From: Chloropicon primus
Lineage: Eukaryota
Assembly (NCBI GenBank): GCA_023205875.1
Contig: CP060759.1
Span: 434,001 to 498,000 of the forward strand
Length of the DNA: 64,000 bases
Direction of reading: 5' to 3'
Part shown: piece after piece, positions 1-12,238 of the stretch
Position numbering within the stretch: the first letter of the stretch is position 1
Layout of the letters: each line of letters opens with the position of its first letter
Notes under the pieces: generated by a model
What the model was told of the DNA's origin: nothing
Seen by the model: the letters and a program-made list of their open reading frames with translations, nothing else
The model's database searches: none
Made by a program: the position numbers and the translations under genes

Positions 1-279
1 ACGAGCGGGCCCACCGTCCTCCTCTGGTTTGTTGCTGAGGTCATTACTCTTTGTTGCTGTTCACTTAGAATAGTTCAAGCAAGGGAGCAAGGAAAAAAAA
101 AAAAAAGGATTCGAAGACGTCCGAGAGTTTGGAGAAGAGTGTTACGATCGGGAAACGCGTTCTTTGATTTTATTCTGGGTCGCGCCTCCCCTCCCCCTCC
201 TCGCGCAAGGCCTCGCTCGATCTGTTTCTTCTTCTTCTGTCTGGTGGATTTCTCCCTTCCGCTGCATCATAACGGCCCG

Positions 280-563
280 AGGCAACGAGCCACCGCCTTG
301 TGATTGGAGCGAGTACACTTGTAAAGCAGCAGCTTTGGGAGGTCACCTTGATGTTCTGAAGTGGGCTCGAAGCCCGGATCCGCCTTGCCCTTGGAACGAG
401 GAGACTTGTGAATGGGCAGCTCAATATTGGTCACCTTGATGTTCTCAAGTGGCTTCCAAGCCAGGACCCGCCTTGCCCTTGGAACCGAAACAGTTGCATA
501 AGAGAGGCGAATTCCTTTCACCACCCACACGTCATCGATTGGATGGTCAAGGCTAATTCTTAA
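280..563 (+). pseudogene. 5'-truncated, frameshifted fragment of an algal/NCLDV-type ankyrin-like repeat gene
   Basis: Reads PPCDWSEYTCKAAALGGHLDVLKWARSPDPPCPWNEETCEWAAQY, then a +1 frameshift at ~428 (tattggtcac), then GHLDVLKWLPSQDPPCPWNRNSCIREA...HVIDWMVKANS* (TAA 561-563). No start codon found. Confidence 0.75.
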
Positions 564-956
564 CCAAGACAATGTCTCACGACGGCCTTGTCATCGACCT
601 TAGTTTTCCTTCCTGATTCCTCCTCCTCTGTCTGGTGGATTTCTTCCCCTTCCGCTGCATCAGATAATGGGCGATCACGAGTGCGAACTAAGGATAAGGT
701 CTCCAAAACGTCTGATGGTGTTTCTTTCTTCGTCTGCATCGCTCTTTCTTCCTTTTCCTCTCTTCCCGGCCGGCCCTTCCTCATCGAGTCCATCGAGTCG
801 TCCTGCATCGACGGCCTCTCAACCTCATCATCATCCTCATCCGTTTGTAATCCGTTGGCCAGACTCCGCTCCGCACGTGACGACGGCTTTTGACGACGGC
901 GGAGGAGAGACGAGAGAGAGAGAGAAGAGCGCGCGCGCGTGCGGGTGTAGAGGAAG

Positions 957-3065
957 ATGAAGGTTTTCTCGGTCCACTCGAGGTTTCCCGAGAAGGGTGT
1001 TAGGGCCACCACGACCGCCCCCGTCGTCGGTTTGCCTTTACCTTTACGACAACAACGACGGAGGAGGAAGTACGTGACCGGTGGACCGGCAACCCAGCAC
1101 GTCGTTCAGCACGTCGTCGTCCCTCGCGCGTCTTCGTCGTACTCGGCGTCGTCCTCGTCCAAGGGGAAGAAGGCCACCTCGTCGTCCTCGTCGTCCTCGT
1201 CGTCCTCGTCGCAGCAGCGGCAGCAGCAGCAGGGGTTGGAGCACAGCAGGCAGCAGAAGAGCATCAAGGGGTGCGACGTTCTGGTGGAGTCGCTGGTGAG
1301 GGAAGGGGTGGACGTGGTGTTCGCCTACCCAGGAGGAGCGAGCATGGAGATCCACCAGGCTCTGACGAGGCAGGAGGCCAACATCACGAACGTGCTTTGC
1401 CGCCACGAGCAGGGGGAGGTGTTCGCCGCGGAGGGCTACGCCAAGGTCACGGGGAAGGTGGGCGTTTGCATCGCCACGAGCGGACCGGGAGCGACGAACC
1501 TCGTCACCGGGATAGCTGACGCCATGCTGGACTCCGTGCCCATGGTCGCGATCACTGGCCAGGTCCCCAGGCGAATGATAGGGACGGACGCCTTCCAGGA
1601 GACTCCGACCGTGGAGATAACGAGGCCTATCACCAAGCACAACTACCTCGTGATGGACATCAAGGACATCCCGAGGGTGGTGAGCGAGGCCTTTTACCTC
1701 GCAAAGTCTGGGAGGCCGGGGCCGGTTCTCATCGACATCCCCAAGGACGTGCAGCAGCAGATGATGAGCGCACACGAGATCGACACCGCGTTCGAGCCCT
1801 CGAAGATGCTCGAGTACTACAGCAAGCGCCTGCCTGAGCCCCCGACGAACGGTCTCCTTCTCGACGTGGCCAGGGCGATCGCGAGCGCTGAGAGGCCCAT
1901 GCTGTACGTGGGTGGCGGGTGCGTCGACTCGGCGGACGAGCTCGCGAGGTTCGTGGAGCTCACGGGAATTCCGGTGGCGCAGACGCTGATGGGTCTCGGT
2001 AGCTTCAGCGAGATGCACCCCCTCGCGCTCCAGATGCTGGGAATGCACGGGACGATCTACGCGAACTACGCGATCGACAAGTGCGACCTGCTCCTCGCCT
2101 TCGGCGTGAGGTTCGATGACAGGGTCACGGGAAAGGTGAAGGACTTTGCGCCCAACGCCTCGATCGTCCACATCGACATCGACGCCGCGGAGATCGGGAA
2201 GAACAAGGCCGTGGACTACTCGGTGTGTGCGGACATGAAGCAGTCCCTCCAGGGCCTGAACCGTCTGTTCGAGGAAAAGCAGGTCGAGATGAACGCCGAG
2301 GTCCTGAAGAAGTGGACCGACGACGTCCTGGAGCAGAAGGAGAAGAAGGCCATGGAGTACCCCCAGTACGAGGACGCGATTGCTCCCCAGCAAGCCATCA
2401 AGGTCCTGGAAGAAGTCACCGAAGGCAACGCGGTCATCTCGACGGGCGTGGGGCAGCACCAGATGTGGGCCGCGCAATGGTACAGGTTCTCAAAGCCAAG
2501 AAGGTGGCTCACCTCTGGCGGGCTCGGGTCGATGGGATTTGGCCTCCCCGCGGCGCTCGGCGCGGCCGCGGCCTTCAAGGCCGCTGGAGAGAAGGTCACA
2601 GTGGTTGACATTGATGGCGACGGCAGCTTCCTCATGAACGTGCAGGAGCTGGCGGCGATCAAGGCAGAGGAGCTGGATGTCAAGGTGATGGTGATCAACA
2701 ACCAGCACTTGGGAATGGTCGTGCAGTGGGAGGATAGGTTCTACAAGGCAAACCGAGCCCACACGTACCTCGGCCTCAAGGACAAGGAGTGGCACAAGAG
2801 CGAGGACGAGCTGGACATCTATCCTGACTTTGTCAAGATGTCCGAGTCTTATGGAATTCCTGCGAAGAGGGTTGTTCACAAGAAGGACCTGAGGGCAGCG
2901 ATTGAGGAAATGGTGAATCACGACGGCCCGTATCTCCTGGACGTGATGGTGCCGCACATCGAGCATGTTCTGCCCATGATTCCTGGTGGAGGAGGTTTCA
3001 AGGACACGATAAACGACGGAGATGGAAGCATGTTCCATGAAGAGAGGAAGATGGACGGTCTGTAG
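957..3065 (+). CDS. ALS: Acetolactate synthase large subunit (AHAS), plastid-targeted, intronless
   Basis: [50 protein letters not shown], ThDP motif GDGSFLMN...[12 protein letters not shown]; Ser-rich transit peptide. Confidence 0.97.
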   Translation: MKVFSVHSRFPEKGVRATTTAPVVGLPLPLRQQRRRRKYVTGGPATQHVVQHVVVPRASSSYSASSSSKGKKATSSSSSSSSSSSQQRQQQQGLEHSRQQKSIKGCDVLVESLVREGVDVVFAYPGGASMEIHQALTRQEANITNVLCRHEQGEVFAAEGYAKVTGKVGVCIATSGPGATNLVTGIADAMLDSVPMVAITGQVPRRMIGTDAFQETPTVEITRPITKHNYLVMDIKDIPRVVSEAFYLAKSGRPGPVLIDIPKDVQQQMMSAHEIDTAFEPSKMLEYYSKRLPEPPTNGLLLDVARAIASAERPMLYVGGGCVDSADELARFVELTGIPVAQTLMGLGSFSEMHPLALQMLGMHGTIYANYAIDKCDLLLAFGVRFDDRVTGKVKDFAPNASIVHIDIDAAEIGKNKAVDYSVCADMKQSLQGLNRLFEEKQVEMNAEVLKKWTDDVLEQKEKKAMEYPQYEDAIAPQQAIKVLEEVTEGNAVISTGVGQHQMWAAQWYRFSKPRRWLTSGGLGSMGFGLPAALGAAAAFKAAGEKVTVVDIDGDGSFLMNVQELAAIKAEELDVKVMVINNQHLGMVVQWEDRFYKANRAHTYLGLKDKEWHKSEDELDIYPDFVKMSESYGIPAKRVVHKKDLRAAIEEMVNHDGPYLLDVMVPHIEHVLPMIPGGGGFKDTINDGDGSMFHEERKMDGL

Positions 3066-3158
3066 TCCCACCGTACTTGGTACTCTCTCAGCTAAAAAAT
3101 TTACAAATTACACAGACAGTTGTATTGATAATGCTAAAATAAAAGTGCTTCTCCGCTT

Positions 3159-4700
3159 TCACATCCCCCCGAGCAGTTGCTGCTTGAACATCTTGGCAAG
3201 TTCATGCCTGAGAGCAGCCCTCTGCTGGTCCTGGCTCTGCTCCTGCGTGATCGGAGGAAGCTCTTCCTTCTTTTTGTTGGCCTCTTTCGTTTCCCTTGCT
3301 TTAGGAAAGAGGTTCTCCTTTGAGGACAAAAGGAAGTCCGCGAGCTGCTTCTGGCGTTCGGCGTTGTTCTTGGCCACAAGCGCGGCTCGCTGCTTAATGA
3401 TGTAATCCTTCCTCTTCTCATCCAACTCAGAGACCTTCATGGAGGTGGACTCGACCTGCTTCTCCTTGATCAAAAGGTTCTCTTTCTTGGTCTGCAACAG
3501 GCCCTTCTGGGTCTCCGCGGCGGCGTAGGCGGCCTCCCTCACAGAATCAATGACGGAGGAGCTCGCGGTGCTCTTCGAGGAAGTCGATCCGGCGTCCGAC
3601 TTGTAACCGGCACCCTGGAACCTGGACGAGTGCAGCGGGCGGCTCTGGTCCGAGAGAGTCGAGCCGGGGGTGGTCCCCGTGCTCGGCGCAGCGGAGATGC
3701 TGTCCAAATTGAGGGGGGGCAAGGAAGAGGTCTTCTTTACCAGGGGAGCTGGCTTCTCCGCCACAACCTCTTCGGCCTGAACTGTGCTGGCCTGCTCCTG
3801 TTCAGCCCTTGGGGCCTCCGCGGACGCCTCAGGCTGCGAATCAGCATCCGAAGGTGGCTGTTCTTCCGCCTCTGCAGGGGAAGCTTCCACCACTTCCTTG
3901 GCCACCGCTTGCTGCGCCGCTTCTTCGGCAGCTGCTTCTTCATCAGCCTGCCGGGATGCTGCAACCTCCTTCTCCAGGGCAATCGACATGGCAAGGGCCT
4001 GCTCGAGCTCTGCCTTCTCTTGGTCAATCTTTGACTTCACCTTGAGAGACTCTTTCAAAGCCTTCTCGAAAGCTTCCTCTTGGCCCTCTTCGCCGTTCAC
4101 TCCACTGAAGTCAACGTTCTCCATGGCCTTTCTCGCGCTGTCCTCGAGCTCGAATTGCTGCTTGGACAGCTTCAACACCAGGAGGGTCTCCTCGTCCACG
4201 TTTCCGTTCTCCGCCAATATCTGTTCCTCCTCCTCCTTCTCCTTTCTCTTCTTCTCCTCCGCGGCTTTGGCGGCCTCTTGCTCCTTCTTCTCGATCAAGG
4301 ACTCGATCACCTGGTTCGTCAGCTCCACGTTTCTCTTGACCATCATCGCCTTGAACTGCAAAAAGTCCTCGACGCTTAGGATAGAGGTCAGCACGAAGGA
4401 AGAGATTTGGTTCTGGCTCAAGTCACTCGACAGAACCGACACAAGCTTCTCAGGCTTCACTCCCAAGTCCTCCAACAGCTCGCAAAGGAGCTTGTCCACC
4501 AAGTTCATGAAATCAATGTGAAGGGTGGTGTACTCGAACTTGTTCTCCTCCTCCAAGTCGAACACCAGACAGTGCTCGTCGATAAAGCTCATGAGTGGCA
4601 CCGAGTAGCACGGTCCCTTGAGAAAGCTGATAATCGCCTCTGAGAGCCACTCGTTGGTCACGTCCTCCCCCTTCTTCGACAGGGCTTTCTTCTCCACCAT
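3159..4700 (-). CDS. CFAP36: Cilia- and flagella-associated protein 36 (CCDC104/BARTL1), N-terminal BART domain
   Basis: WLSEAIISFLKGP..PLMSFIDEHCLVFDLEEENKFEYT..H..F...VDKLL...L..LG...EDFLQFKAMMVKRNVEL, followed by UIM-like LEQALAMS and coiled coils; ATG 4698-4700 (MVEKK). Confidence 0.85.
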   Translation of the reverse strand: MVEKKALSKKGEDVTNEWLSEAIISFLKGPCYSVPLMSFIDEHCLVFDLEEENKFEYTTLHIDFMNLVDKLLCELLEDLGVKPEKLVSVLSSDLSQNQISSFVLTSILSVEDFLQFKAMMVKRNVELTNQVIESLIEKKEQEAAKAAEEKKRKEKEEEEQILAENGNVDEETLLVLKLSKQQFELEDSARKAMENVDFSGVNGEEGQEEAFEKALKESLKVKSKIDQEKAELEQALAMSIALEKEVAASRQADEEAAAEEAAQQAVAKEVVEASPAEAEEQPPSDADSQPEASAEAPRAEQEQASTVQAEEVVAEKPAPLVKKTSSLPPLNLDSISAAPSTGTTPGSTLSDQSRPLHSSRFQGAGYKSDAGSTSSKSTASSSVIDSVREAAYAAAETQKGLLQTKKENLLIKEKQVESTSMKVSELDEKRKDYIIKQRAALVAKNNAERQKQLADFLLSSKENLFPKARETKEANKKKEELPPITQEQSQDQQRAALRHELAKMFKQQLLGGM

Positions 4701-5120
4701 CCTGTCCCCTTGCGTGTCCTCACAAGCAGCAGCAGCAACAAGAAACCTCACAACAACTTCACTTCCTCCACACAACACAACAATCTCACTCGCCTCCTCA
4801 GGAGCCTGAGCTTGGGGAAGATTCAACAAGAAAAGGAAACCAAAGGTTGATTGAAACGGAAAAGGAATGGAAAGTGAAAGTGAAGATGAAGATGAAGATG
4901 AGCGCACTCTGTGTCTTCGTTGCTCCAAGATGGAATCTTTCTTCACTCCGGCGTCGTCCTGGTCGTCCCGGTGGTCCTTGTCCTTTGGATCGCTGCGGAC
5001 GAGGAGGAGGAGGAGGATGCTTGGGGTGAGGGAGACGAATTGAATTCAAACAAGATGGAATTGGAGAGGGAGAGGAAAGGACCCTCAACGGAACGGAACG
5101 GAGACAAGGAGAAAAGTGAA

Positions 5121-5177
5121 AAATATAAATATAAATATAAATATAAATATAAATATAAATGAAAATATAAATAAAAA
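5121..5177. repeat. (TATAAA)n AT-rich microsatellite
   Basis: About 7 copies of aaatat in a GC-rich genome, between the Patched-like gene stop and the CFAP36 5' end. Confidence 0.9.
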
Positions 5178-5217
5178 AGTAGGAAGGAATACAGAGAAAC
5201 AAAAAAGTGGAAAAGCA

Positions 5218-8202
5218 TCAACCAAGGACGTTACCCGGATCAGGGTGCTGGTGCTTGCTCTTTCTGTGGGACAAGGAAAGCAGGGTGGGCAAGAGGAATA
5301 GGCTCACGAACATCCCGAATACCACGGTGCCCCCCTTGAAAAAGAAAACAGGGAAAAGAAAAGGAAGCGGGCGTCAGGAACTGCGCTGTCGCTGTCGCGC
5401 TCTCGGCTCTACTTGCGGACTTACCATGAGCTTGAAAAACATCTTGAAAATGAAGGTGGTACTCCCCGCGAGAGGCAGTATGCCCATGAAAGTTGAGATT
5501 CCTCCAGCAAGCACCGCCGGGCCGATCGTTTTCAGGGCGTACTCTACAGGATTCGTCCCCCTGCCGTCCGCGCTGTCGAGGCACGAGTGGGCGATGTGCA
5601 AGGAGTAGTCGATGCTCAGGCCGACAGCCATCACCAAGTTCACAACAGTGACCTTCGGAAAAGAAAGCGAGTGGGTCAGAACACTCGTCATACCAAGCAG
5701 CGGGATCGCGAGTTTGTTTGTTTGTTTGTTTGTTTGTGTGCATCTTTGTTCGCTTTTACTTACCGCGTTGAACCGCAACCCCAACAGGTACAGGAAACCG
5801 AAGAGGTAAAGGTCGACGAGAGTGATTGCTGTTACAATCACAATGATCGGCGTGAAATGGAATCCGATAATGGCAACGGACACAATGAAGACTCCTGCCA
5901 CGGCGAGCCCGAGGCTGAGCAGGCACTCCTTCAGCAAAACGGCATCCTGCTCCCAGAAGAGGTACTCTAGGCCGTAAAGGAAGATGTTCGCTCCCTCCAC
6001 GTCTTTCCAGTACATTTCTTGGCATTCCTTCTCCAACGTCCTGATCTCCCTGAGGGCCTTCTTCCTGATCCCATAGTCCTTCCCCGTGGGCGCATGTGAG
6101 TAGTGGAACCTCGATGAGATCACCTCGAGCTTGTCCGAGCACTCGCTCTTCGCGATCCTCAAGTCGTTGCTGAATTCCGAGTAAACTCCGCTGTTCAAAA
6201 AGTTTGACAAGGTTGGATAAAAGTGGTTTTCCTCGACGTACTTCTCGCCGCCAAGGTCAACAACAAGCGTCGAGTTCTTGTCTGCGAACCGAATCAGCTC
6301 CTCCAACCAAGTTTGTTGCGTGAACTTGATGTGCTTGGAGTTCGCCACAATGTACCTGTGCGAGTCCAAGAGCTTCTGCTGGTACATCGGCTTTGCGATG
6401 TCGATGCTCCTCTTCTTGCAGTCGTTGTCTCCGATGAAGTAGAGTGCCGTCTCCGGGCCGACTTGGTTCTCAAACGAGTTCTCCTCAAGCTCGAAGTATG
6501 TGTAGAGGTTGGAGCCGATGGTGGTCAGGTCCTTCAAGGGAAGACCTTGCTGTATGTTCATCACACCGTATATGGACACCGCAGCACAAGCGGCGGCACT
6601 CAGTATCACGGCGGCTCGAAACAAGAAGCCTTTCGTGACGAGTGGCCCAAGAAACTCGGAGAAGAACCACCCAAAAATGTCGAACACCGAGTAGATCTCC
6701 TCTCGCTGTTTCTTCGGGGACACCGCCGCCGCCTTGTCGGAGGATGTGCTGCATTCTTCGGCGCTGGCATTTTTCTCGGCACGTGCCCTCTGAGCCATGT
6801 ATCTCTTCACTTGACGGTACTCGAACAGCGTCATCACGGAGAGGAAGAACGTCACTTGCATGATGTAGTCGCACAGGATGCATATGCCGGCATAGATGCA
6901 GAACGATCTCAGAGCCGGAATCGCTGTGACAGAGCCCAACAAGAAAGCGATGATGTTGGTCAGACTGGTCGCGGTGACGGTCGGCCCCACGGACGTCATC
7001 GTTTCCTTGATCCTGTCGCAAGTGATCTCCTTGTACGTCTTCGTCCCCAGAGGCTCGTACTTTAACTTCTGAGTAGCCTTGTCCAGCCCGCACACCAGCA
7101 CAAAGGCGTCATCCACGCCGATTCCCACGAGGATGAATGGCAAAATGGCACAAAGCGTGTTGAATTCAACCCCAACGACCCCAACTGCTATGCCGTAGCC
7201 TCCCGCAATGGACAGGGCCACGTTCACAACCGCGATGCACCCCAAGAAGACCCTCGAGCTTTTCCAGTCCACAAAGTACCTGAAGAGCGCCGGGCGGGCT
7301 GGGTTGTACCTGAACTTGATCAGCATGAAGACGGAGGTCGAGATCATCAAAATGAAGCAGGTGACCATGAGGTGGAGATCGCCCAACACGGTCTGTTGGA
7401 TGGCCTGGTCAAGGGACAGCCTGTGAAAGACGTACGCCTTTGAGTACCGCGCCCTCTTGTTGAAGTCTTCCGTCATGCCTTCGACGGCAGCAAACCATTC
7501 TGCGACGTGAACAGGATCCACGCCGTCCGCGAGAGCGTACCCCAGCTTCAAGACCTTGCAGTCCACGTAGTCCCCCACCAAGCCACTGATGTCCATCCTC
7601 CTCTGGTGCGGGCTCCCACAGGACTTGACGTTCCTCAAGGCCAGGGTCGTGTCGGTATGGGCCCTAGTCACCACCGTGAAGAGCTCGCTCTTGATCTCTT
7701 GCTCGATGTTGTTCTGAAACAGAGTGATGTTCGCGTTGCCGAGGTCCAGGTACTTGCTTCCGCTGAAGTAGCACGTATCCGCCCAAGACATCTTCAGGCA
7801 AAGATCTTTGTACGACCTCGAAAGGCCGTCCTTGGCTTCCGTGGAGACCACGTCGTGCAGCCTTATGGACTCATCGAAAGCTTCGGAGTACAGTAGACTG
7901 TGGTGCTCACCGGTGGGCACGATGTTCAAGAAAACGAAGTTCTTGTGGGTGTCGAAGATCTGGGTCACGCTGCTTCGATCAAACATCGCTTTGGAGTCCT
8001 GGGGAACCCACAACTTGATCCCGTCCGAGATAATCTTTATGCGAACGAAACCTACAGCTGCCAAGCAGGTCAGCAACGTCATCAGCGCGATAACGAACAC
8101 CGGGCGCTTGGCTACCTGCAACCCGAAGAAGCCCATCCACCTCCCCAGCCTTCCGACTTGTCTCTCCCCCTCCCTCCCTTCCTCGTCCACTTTCATCTTC
8201 AT
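5218..8202 (-). CDS. Patched/NPC1-like sterol-sensing-domain membrane protein, 3 exons
   Basis: SSD motifs LPFILVGIGVDDAF, VGPTVTATSLTN..AF..G, MAVGLSIDYSLHI. Introns 5653-5763 (FNA|VTV) and 5335-5424 (KLM|GGTVVFGMFVSLFLLP) restore the last TM helix; stop TGA 5218-5220. Confidence 0.9.
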
Positions 8203-8845
8203 AAACGACGACGACGACGACGACGACGACAATGATGATGATAGTGATGATGATGTTGAAGTTGTTTGTTATGGTGTCCTCCTTGTCACAAGCTCTTGCT
8301 TCGTTCCTGTCTCAAGGCCAGTACATCATCTTGCCTCTTTGGCTTGTGTCTGACACGCAGTACCAAGGCCCTTCTCCTCCTCTTGGTCGTGGGACCAAGG
8401 TCTTGTCTTTGTCTCTTGGCTGTGGCACGGAGGAGGATGAGGAGGATGAGCAAGCAAAGCAAGATTTTTGCTCGTTCTCGTTCTCGTTCTTTCCCCTCTC
8501 TGGCCACAGGAAGGAAGGAAGGAAGGTTGTAGTGCAATCCTATCCAAAATGTGAGGATAAATTGAAGGGACAGGAGGGGACCAGCATCCTATCGGGGGGT
8601 GATGGACCACGGTCCGATTCAAGGGAGGGAAAGCTGTTTTCCGAAGACCAGGAGGCGATGATTCCGTCACGTTGGTGGCTTCCCATCCCACCCCTGGCCT
8701 CGGTCCATGATCGATCGTCTCACGTTTTGTTAGTGTTAAAAGAGGAAGAGAGTTCAGAGAGTGGGACGCACGAGACATGGCGTTCGACGAGTTTCGATGA
8801 GACCAGAGGTCTGCTATGCATTCAGACGGCAATAAAAGTGTTGGG

Positions 8846-10345
8846 TTAGGCCTTGGCTTCCTCCTCTTCCTCTATACGAAGTCGCACGGCCTTCCTCGCC
8901 GCGAAAACCCTGGTAATATGCTTCAGAACTTCCTTCTCTTTCGTCTCGTAGTTGCTCAGCTTCCTTCCAGTCAAAGACTCGATGCTGTGCAGCAGCTGTA
9001 TCGTGTACTGGGTGACAAAGGTCAGGGCCCTACCGCTTCGGCCAGCTCTTCCCGTCCTCCCCACCCGATGAATGTACTCCCTGGGCAAGAAAGGTAAGTC
9101 AAAATTGATGACGAGGTCCACGGTCGGGATGTCAAGTCCCCTGCTCGCGACGTCCGTGGCAACCAGAATGGGGCAGACGCCCGACTTGAACTTGTTCAGA
9201 CTGCTCATCCTCTTCTTTTGCTTCTGCTGAGAGTGCAAGGCCACGGCAAGGATGTCTAGCTCGTCCAGCAGATACGAGAGGACGTGGCAGCTTTCACACG
9301 ACTTGACGAATATCATCGCGGACCTGACTTTCATCTCCTCGAACTTCTGAAGGATATGGAAGAGGTACACTTCTTTCACCTTCTCTGGAACGAACAGGTA
9401 CTGATCGTTTATTTTTTCCACCGTTTTGAACGTGTCGTGCTGGGACCACTTGAAGCAGTCCTTCATCACCACCTCCTGCAGAACCTCGATGTTCTTCGAG
9501 ATTGTAGCAGAGAAAAGCAGAGTCTGCCGCTTGGACGGCAGGTACCCCCCGATGACTTTCAGGTCCTCCTCGAACGACGGGTCAAGAATCCTGTCCGCCT
9601 CGTCGATCACGAACATCCGGAGCCTCTTGAAGGCCTCCGCACAGCTCGAGTCGTGAATCAGGATGTCCTTGAGGCGGCCCGGAGTAGCGAAAACAAAGTG
9701 TGGCTTCCTCGCCAGCTCCCTGCACTGGTCCGTCACGCTCATGCCCCCAACGATGGCCACGCCCGATATCCCCATCACGTTCCCGCCCAGGCCCCGGAGC
9801 TGCTCCAGAGCCTGGTACGCGAGCTCCCTCGCAGGAACCAGAACCAAACAGAAGACTCCCACCCTATCCTTTGCCAGCATCTGGAGCGCCGGAAGCAAAA
9901 AGCAGGCAGTCTTTCCGCTTCCCGTCTCCGCGCAGGCGACAACATCCCTGCCGCCCAGGATCGGGGGAATACACGCCGACTGCACGGGCGTCGCCTTCTT
10001 CATTCCAAGCGAGTCGCACACCGAGCACACCCAAGCATTCAGACCAGTCGCTCGAAACCCGTCTCCCAAAGCCCCACCCCCGCCGCCTCCATCCCCGGGG
10101 ACCGATGCACCCGCTCCCTGGTCCTCCTTCCCGCCATCCCCGCTTCCACGGCTGCCCTTCTTCCTCTTCCCGCTGCTTTTCCTCCTCTGCCTCTCCCCTC
10201 CCTGGTCCTCCAGTGGCGTTTCCTCGGCCAAAGTCGTCTTCCTCTTCCTCTCCTTCCCTTGCTCCCTCCCCTTCTTCCTCTTCCTCGTCGACAAGGTCGA
10301 GAATATCGACACCCCGTCCTCCTCCTCCGAACCCTGCACGCTCAT
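8846..10345 (-). CDS. DDX49: DEAD-box RNA helicase, DBP8/DDX49/RH36 type
   Basis: AETGSGKT, ATPGRL, DEAD, FSAT, VASRGLDIPTVDLVINFD, YIHRVGRTGRAGR. Confidence 0.88.
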   Translation of the reverse strand: MSVQGSEEEDGVSIFSTLSTRKRKKGREQGKERKRKTTLAEETPLEDQGGERQRRKSSGKRKKGSRGSGDGGKEDQGAGASVPGDGGGGGGALGDGFRATGLNAWVCSVCDSLGMKKATPVQSACIPPILGGRDVVACAETGSGKTACFLLPALQMLAKDRVGVFCLVLVPARELAYQALEQLRGLGGNVMGISGVAIVGGMSVTDQCRELARKPHFVFATPGRLKDILIHDSSCAEAFKRLRMFVIDEADRILDPSFEEDLKVIGGYLPSKRQTLLFSATISKNIEVLQEVVMKDCFKWSQHDTFKTVEKINDQYLFVPEKVKEVYLFHILQKFEEMKVRSAMIFVKSCESCHVLSYLLDELDILAVALHSQQKQKKRMSSLNKFKSGVCPILVATDVASRGLDIPTVDLVINFDLPFLPREYIHRVGRTGRAGRSGRALTFVTQYTIQLLHSIESLTGRKLSNYETKEKEVLKHITRVFAARKAVRLRIEEEEEAKA

Positions 10346-10909
10346 GCCCTCACCCCCTCCCGCCTCACTCCCTCACACACTCCAACCCACCCTCACTCCT
10401 GGCCCTGGCCGCCCAATGCCTCTCAAACCCTCACCCCTCCGTCCACAGTGGACCAAAATCGTCGAACAAGGAACCAATCGAAAGAGCGTGAGATGACGCC
10501 TTCGCTAGCGTCTTCGCTTCTGGCCCTCCTCGCCCTCCTCGCCCTCCGCTTGGATCGCAAAGTCGTCCCTTCCAAAGTCTGCAGAGCGAGGCGAAGCTCC
10601 GGCTCCCGTAGGTTTGAGAGAGAGAGAGAGCAGAAGGGGGGAGGACGAGAGAGAGAGAGAGAGAAGGACGAGAGGACGAGAGGGTCGGGACGGGAGGGTG
10701 GGGAGAGCGTCTGCGTCGGACGAAGAATCTTCGTCTCTTCCTCTTTTGAAAGAGCGGTCGCTCGCTCGAAACGAACGGCGCAGTGGCGAGGACTCGAGCA
10801 ACGAGAGAGGGAGGGAGGGAGGCAGGAAGTAGGGGAAGGGGACGGTCGTCGTCGGTTGTGTCGAGGGAGGGAAGGTGCTGGGAGTGCGGAGGGGTAGAGG
10901 GACTTCGTA

Positions 10910-12238
10910 ATGGGTGGTACGTCGAGCAAGCTCGAGAAGAGTCTTGGGGGGCAGCTACCGGACGGGGAGAACTACTACGGTTTGGAAAACTTCGGGAACA
11001 CGTGCTATTGTAACTCGGTCCTCCAGGCGCTTTACTTTTGTCAGCCATTCAGGGAGAAGATATTGGAGAGGGCTCAGGTCATCGGATCGAATGACGGGGA
11101 CAACCTTTTGGATTGCCTGAGCAACCTCTTCTTGCAGATTCATACGCAGAAGAAGAAGACGGGTGTGATAGCACCGAAGAGGTTCGTGCAGAGGCTGAAG
11201 AAGGACAACGAGCTTTTCAGGAGTTACATGCATCAGGTGCGTATGGATCCGGGGGGGGAAGGGGGGAAGGGGCTCGTTGAACGGATCTCGTCTCCCATCG
11301 CTTGAAGACTGTGCCCTCTTCTCCTCTTCCGTTTGAGAAGTAGCAGCACTGACACACTTTCTGCTCCTCGCCTTGGCCACCTCAACAGGACGCTCAGGAG
11401 TTCTTCAACTACCTCTTGAACGAGATGTGCGACATATTGGAGAGGGAGAAGCGGGAAGCTTTGCCGAAGACAGCGGTTATTCCGCCGGAGCAGCTGAGGA
11501 CGTGGATTCACGACACGTTCCAGGGCAAACTCGTGAACGAGACGAGGTGCCTTTACTGCGAGAACGTGACTAGCAGGGACGAGACGTTCTTTGACCTCTC
11601 TCTCGACGTTGAGCAGAACTCAAGGTAGGATCAAAGCGAATCGACGTTGATTTTGAGTGCACTCTGTTCTTTCGTTCGACTGCTGACACAAACACAAACA
11701 CACTCTTCGTTTCCGTCGCTCTTCCCCTCCGAACAAACTTTGCAGCATATCGGCTTGCTTGAAGAACTTTAGCTCCACGGAGACCCTCGGAAAGGACGAC
11801 AAGTTCCTTTGCGACAATTGCAACGGCTTGCAGGAGGCGCAGAAGGGGATGAAAGTGAAATCTGTTCCGAAAATACTTGTCCTCCACCTCAAGAGGTTCA
11901 AGTACATCGAGCACTTGGGGCGGTACAGAAAGCTTTCGTACAGGGTGGTCTTCCCTTTCGAGCTCAAGCTTTCAAATACTGCGGAGACCACCCCGGACGT
12001 GGACATTCCTTACAACCTGTTCGCGGTTGTTGTCCACGTGGGTTCGGGGCCAAACCACGGGCACTACATCTGCGTCATCAAGTCCAACCAGAACTGGCTG
12101 ATATTCGACGACGAGAACGTGGACCTCATCGACGAGAGCGTTCTCCCCAACTTTTTTGGCTCTTCCAGGGAGTTCAGCGGCAACAGCGAGAACGGGTACA
12201 TCCTCTTGTACGAGCAGGAAAGCAAGGAGAGTCTGTGA
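10910..12238 (+). CDS. Ubiquitin-specific protease, UBP3/4 (USP12/46) type, 3 exons, N-myristoylation-type start
   Basis: [18 protein letters not shown]ys box, [21 protein letters not shown]is box; introns 11237-11388 and 11625-11745. Confidence 0.93.

Noticed and set aside
560..1012. Minus-strand ORF upstream of ALS
   Set aside because: Low complexity, overlaps the ALS start and has no motif; cannot be supported as a gene
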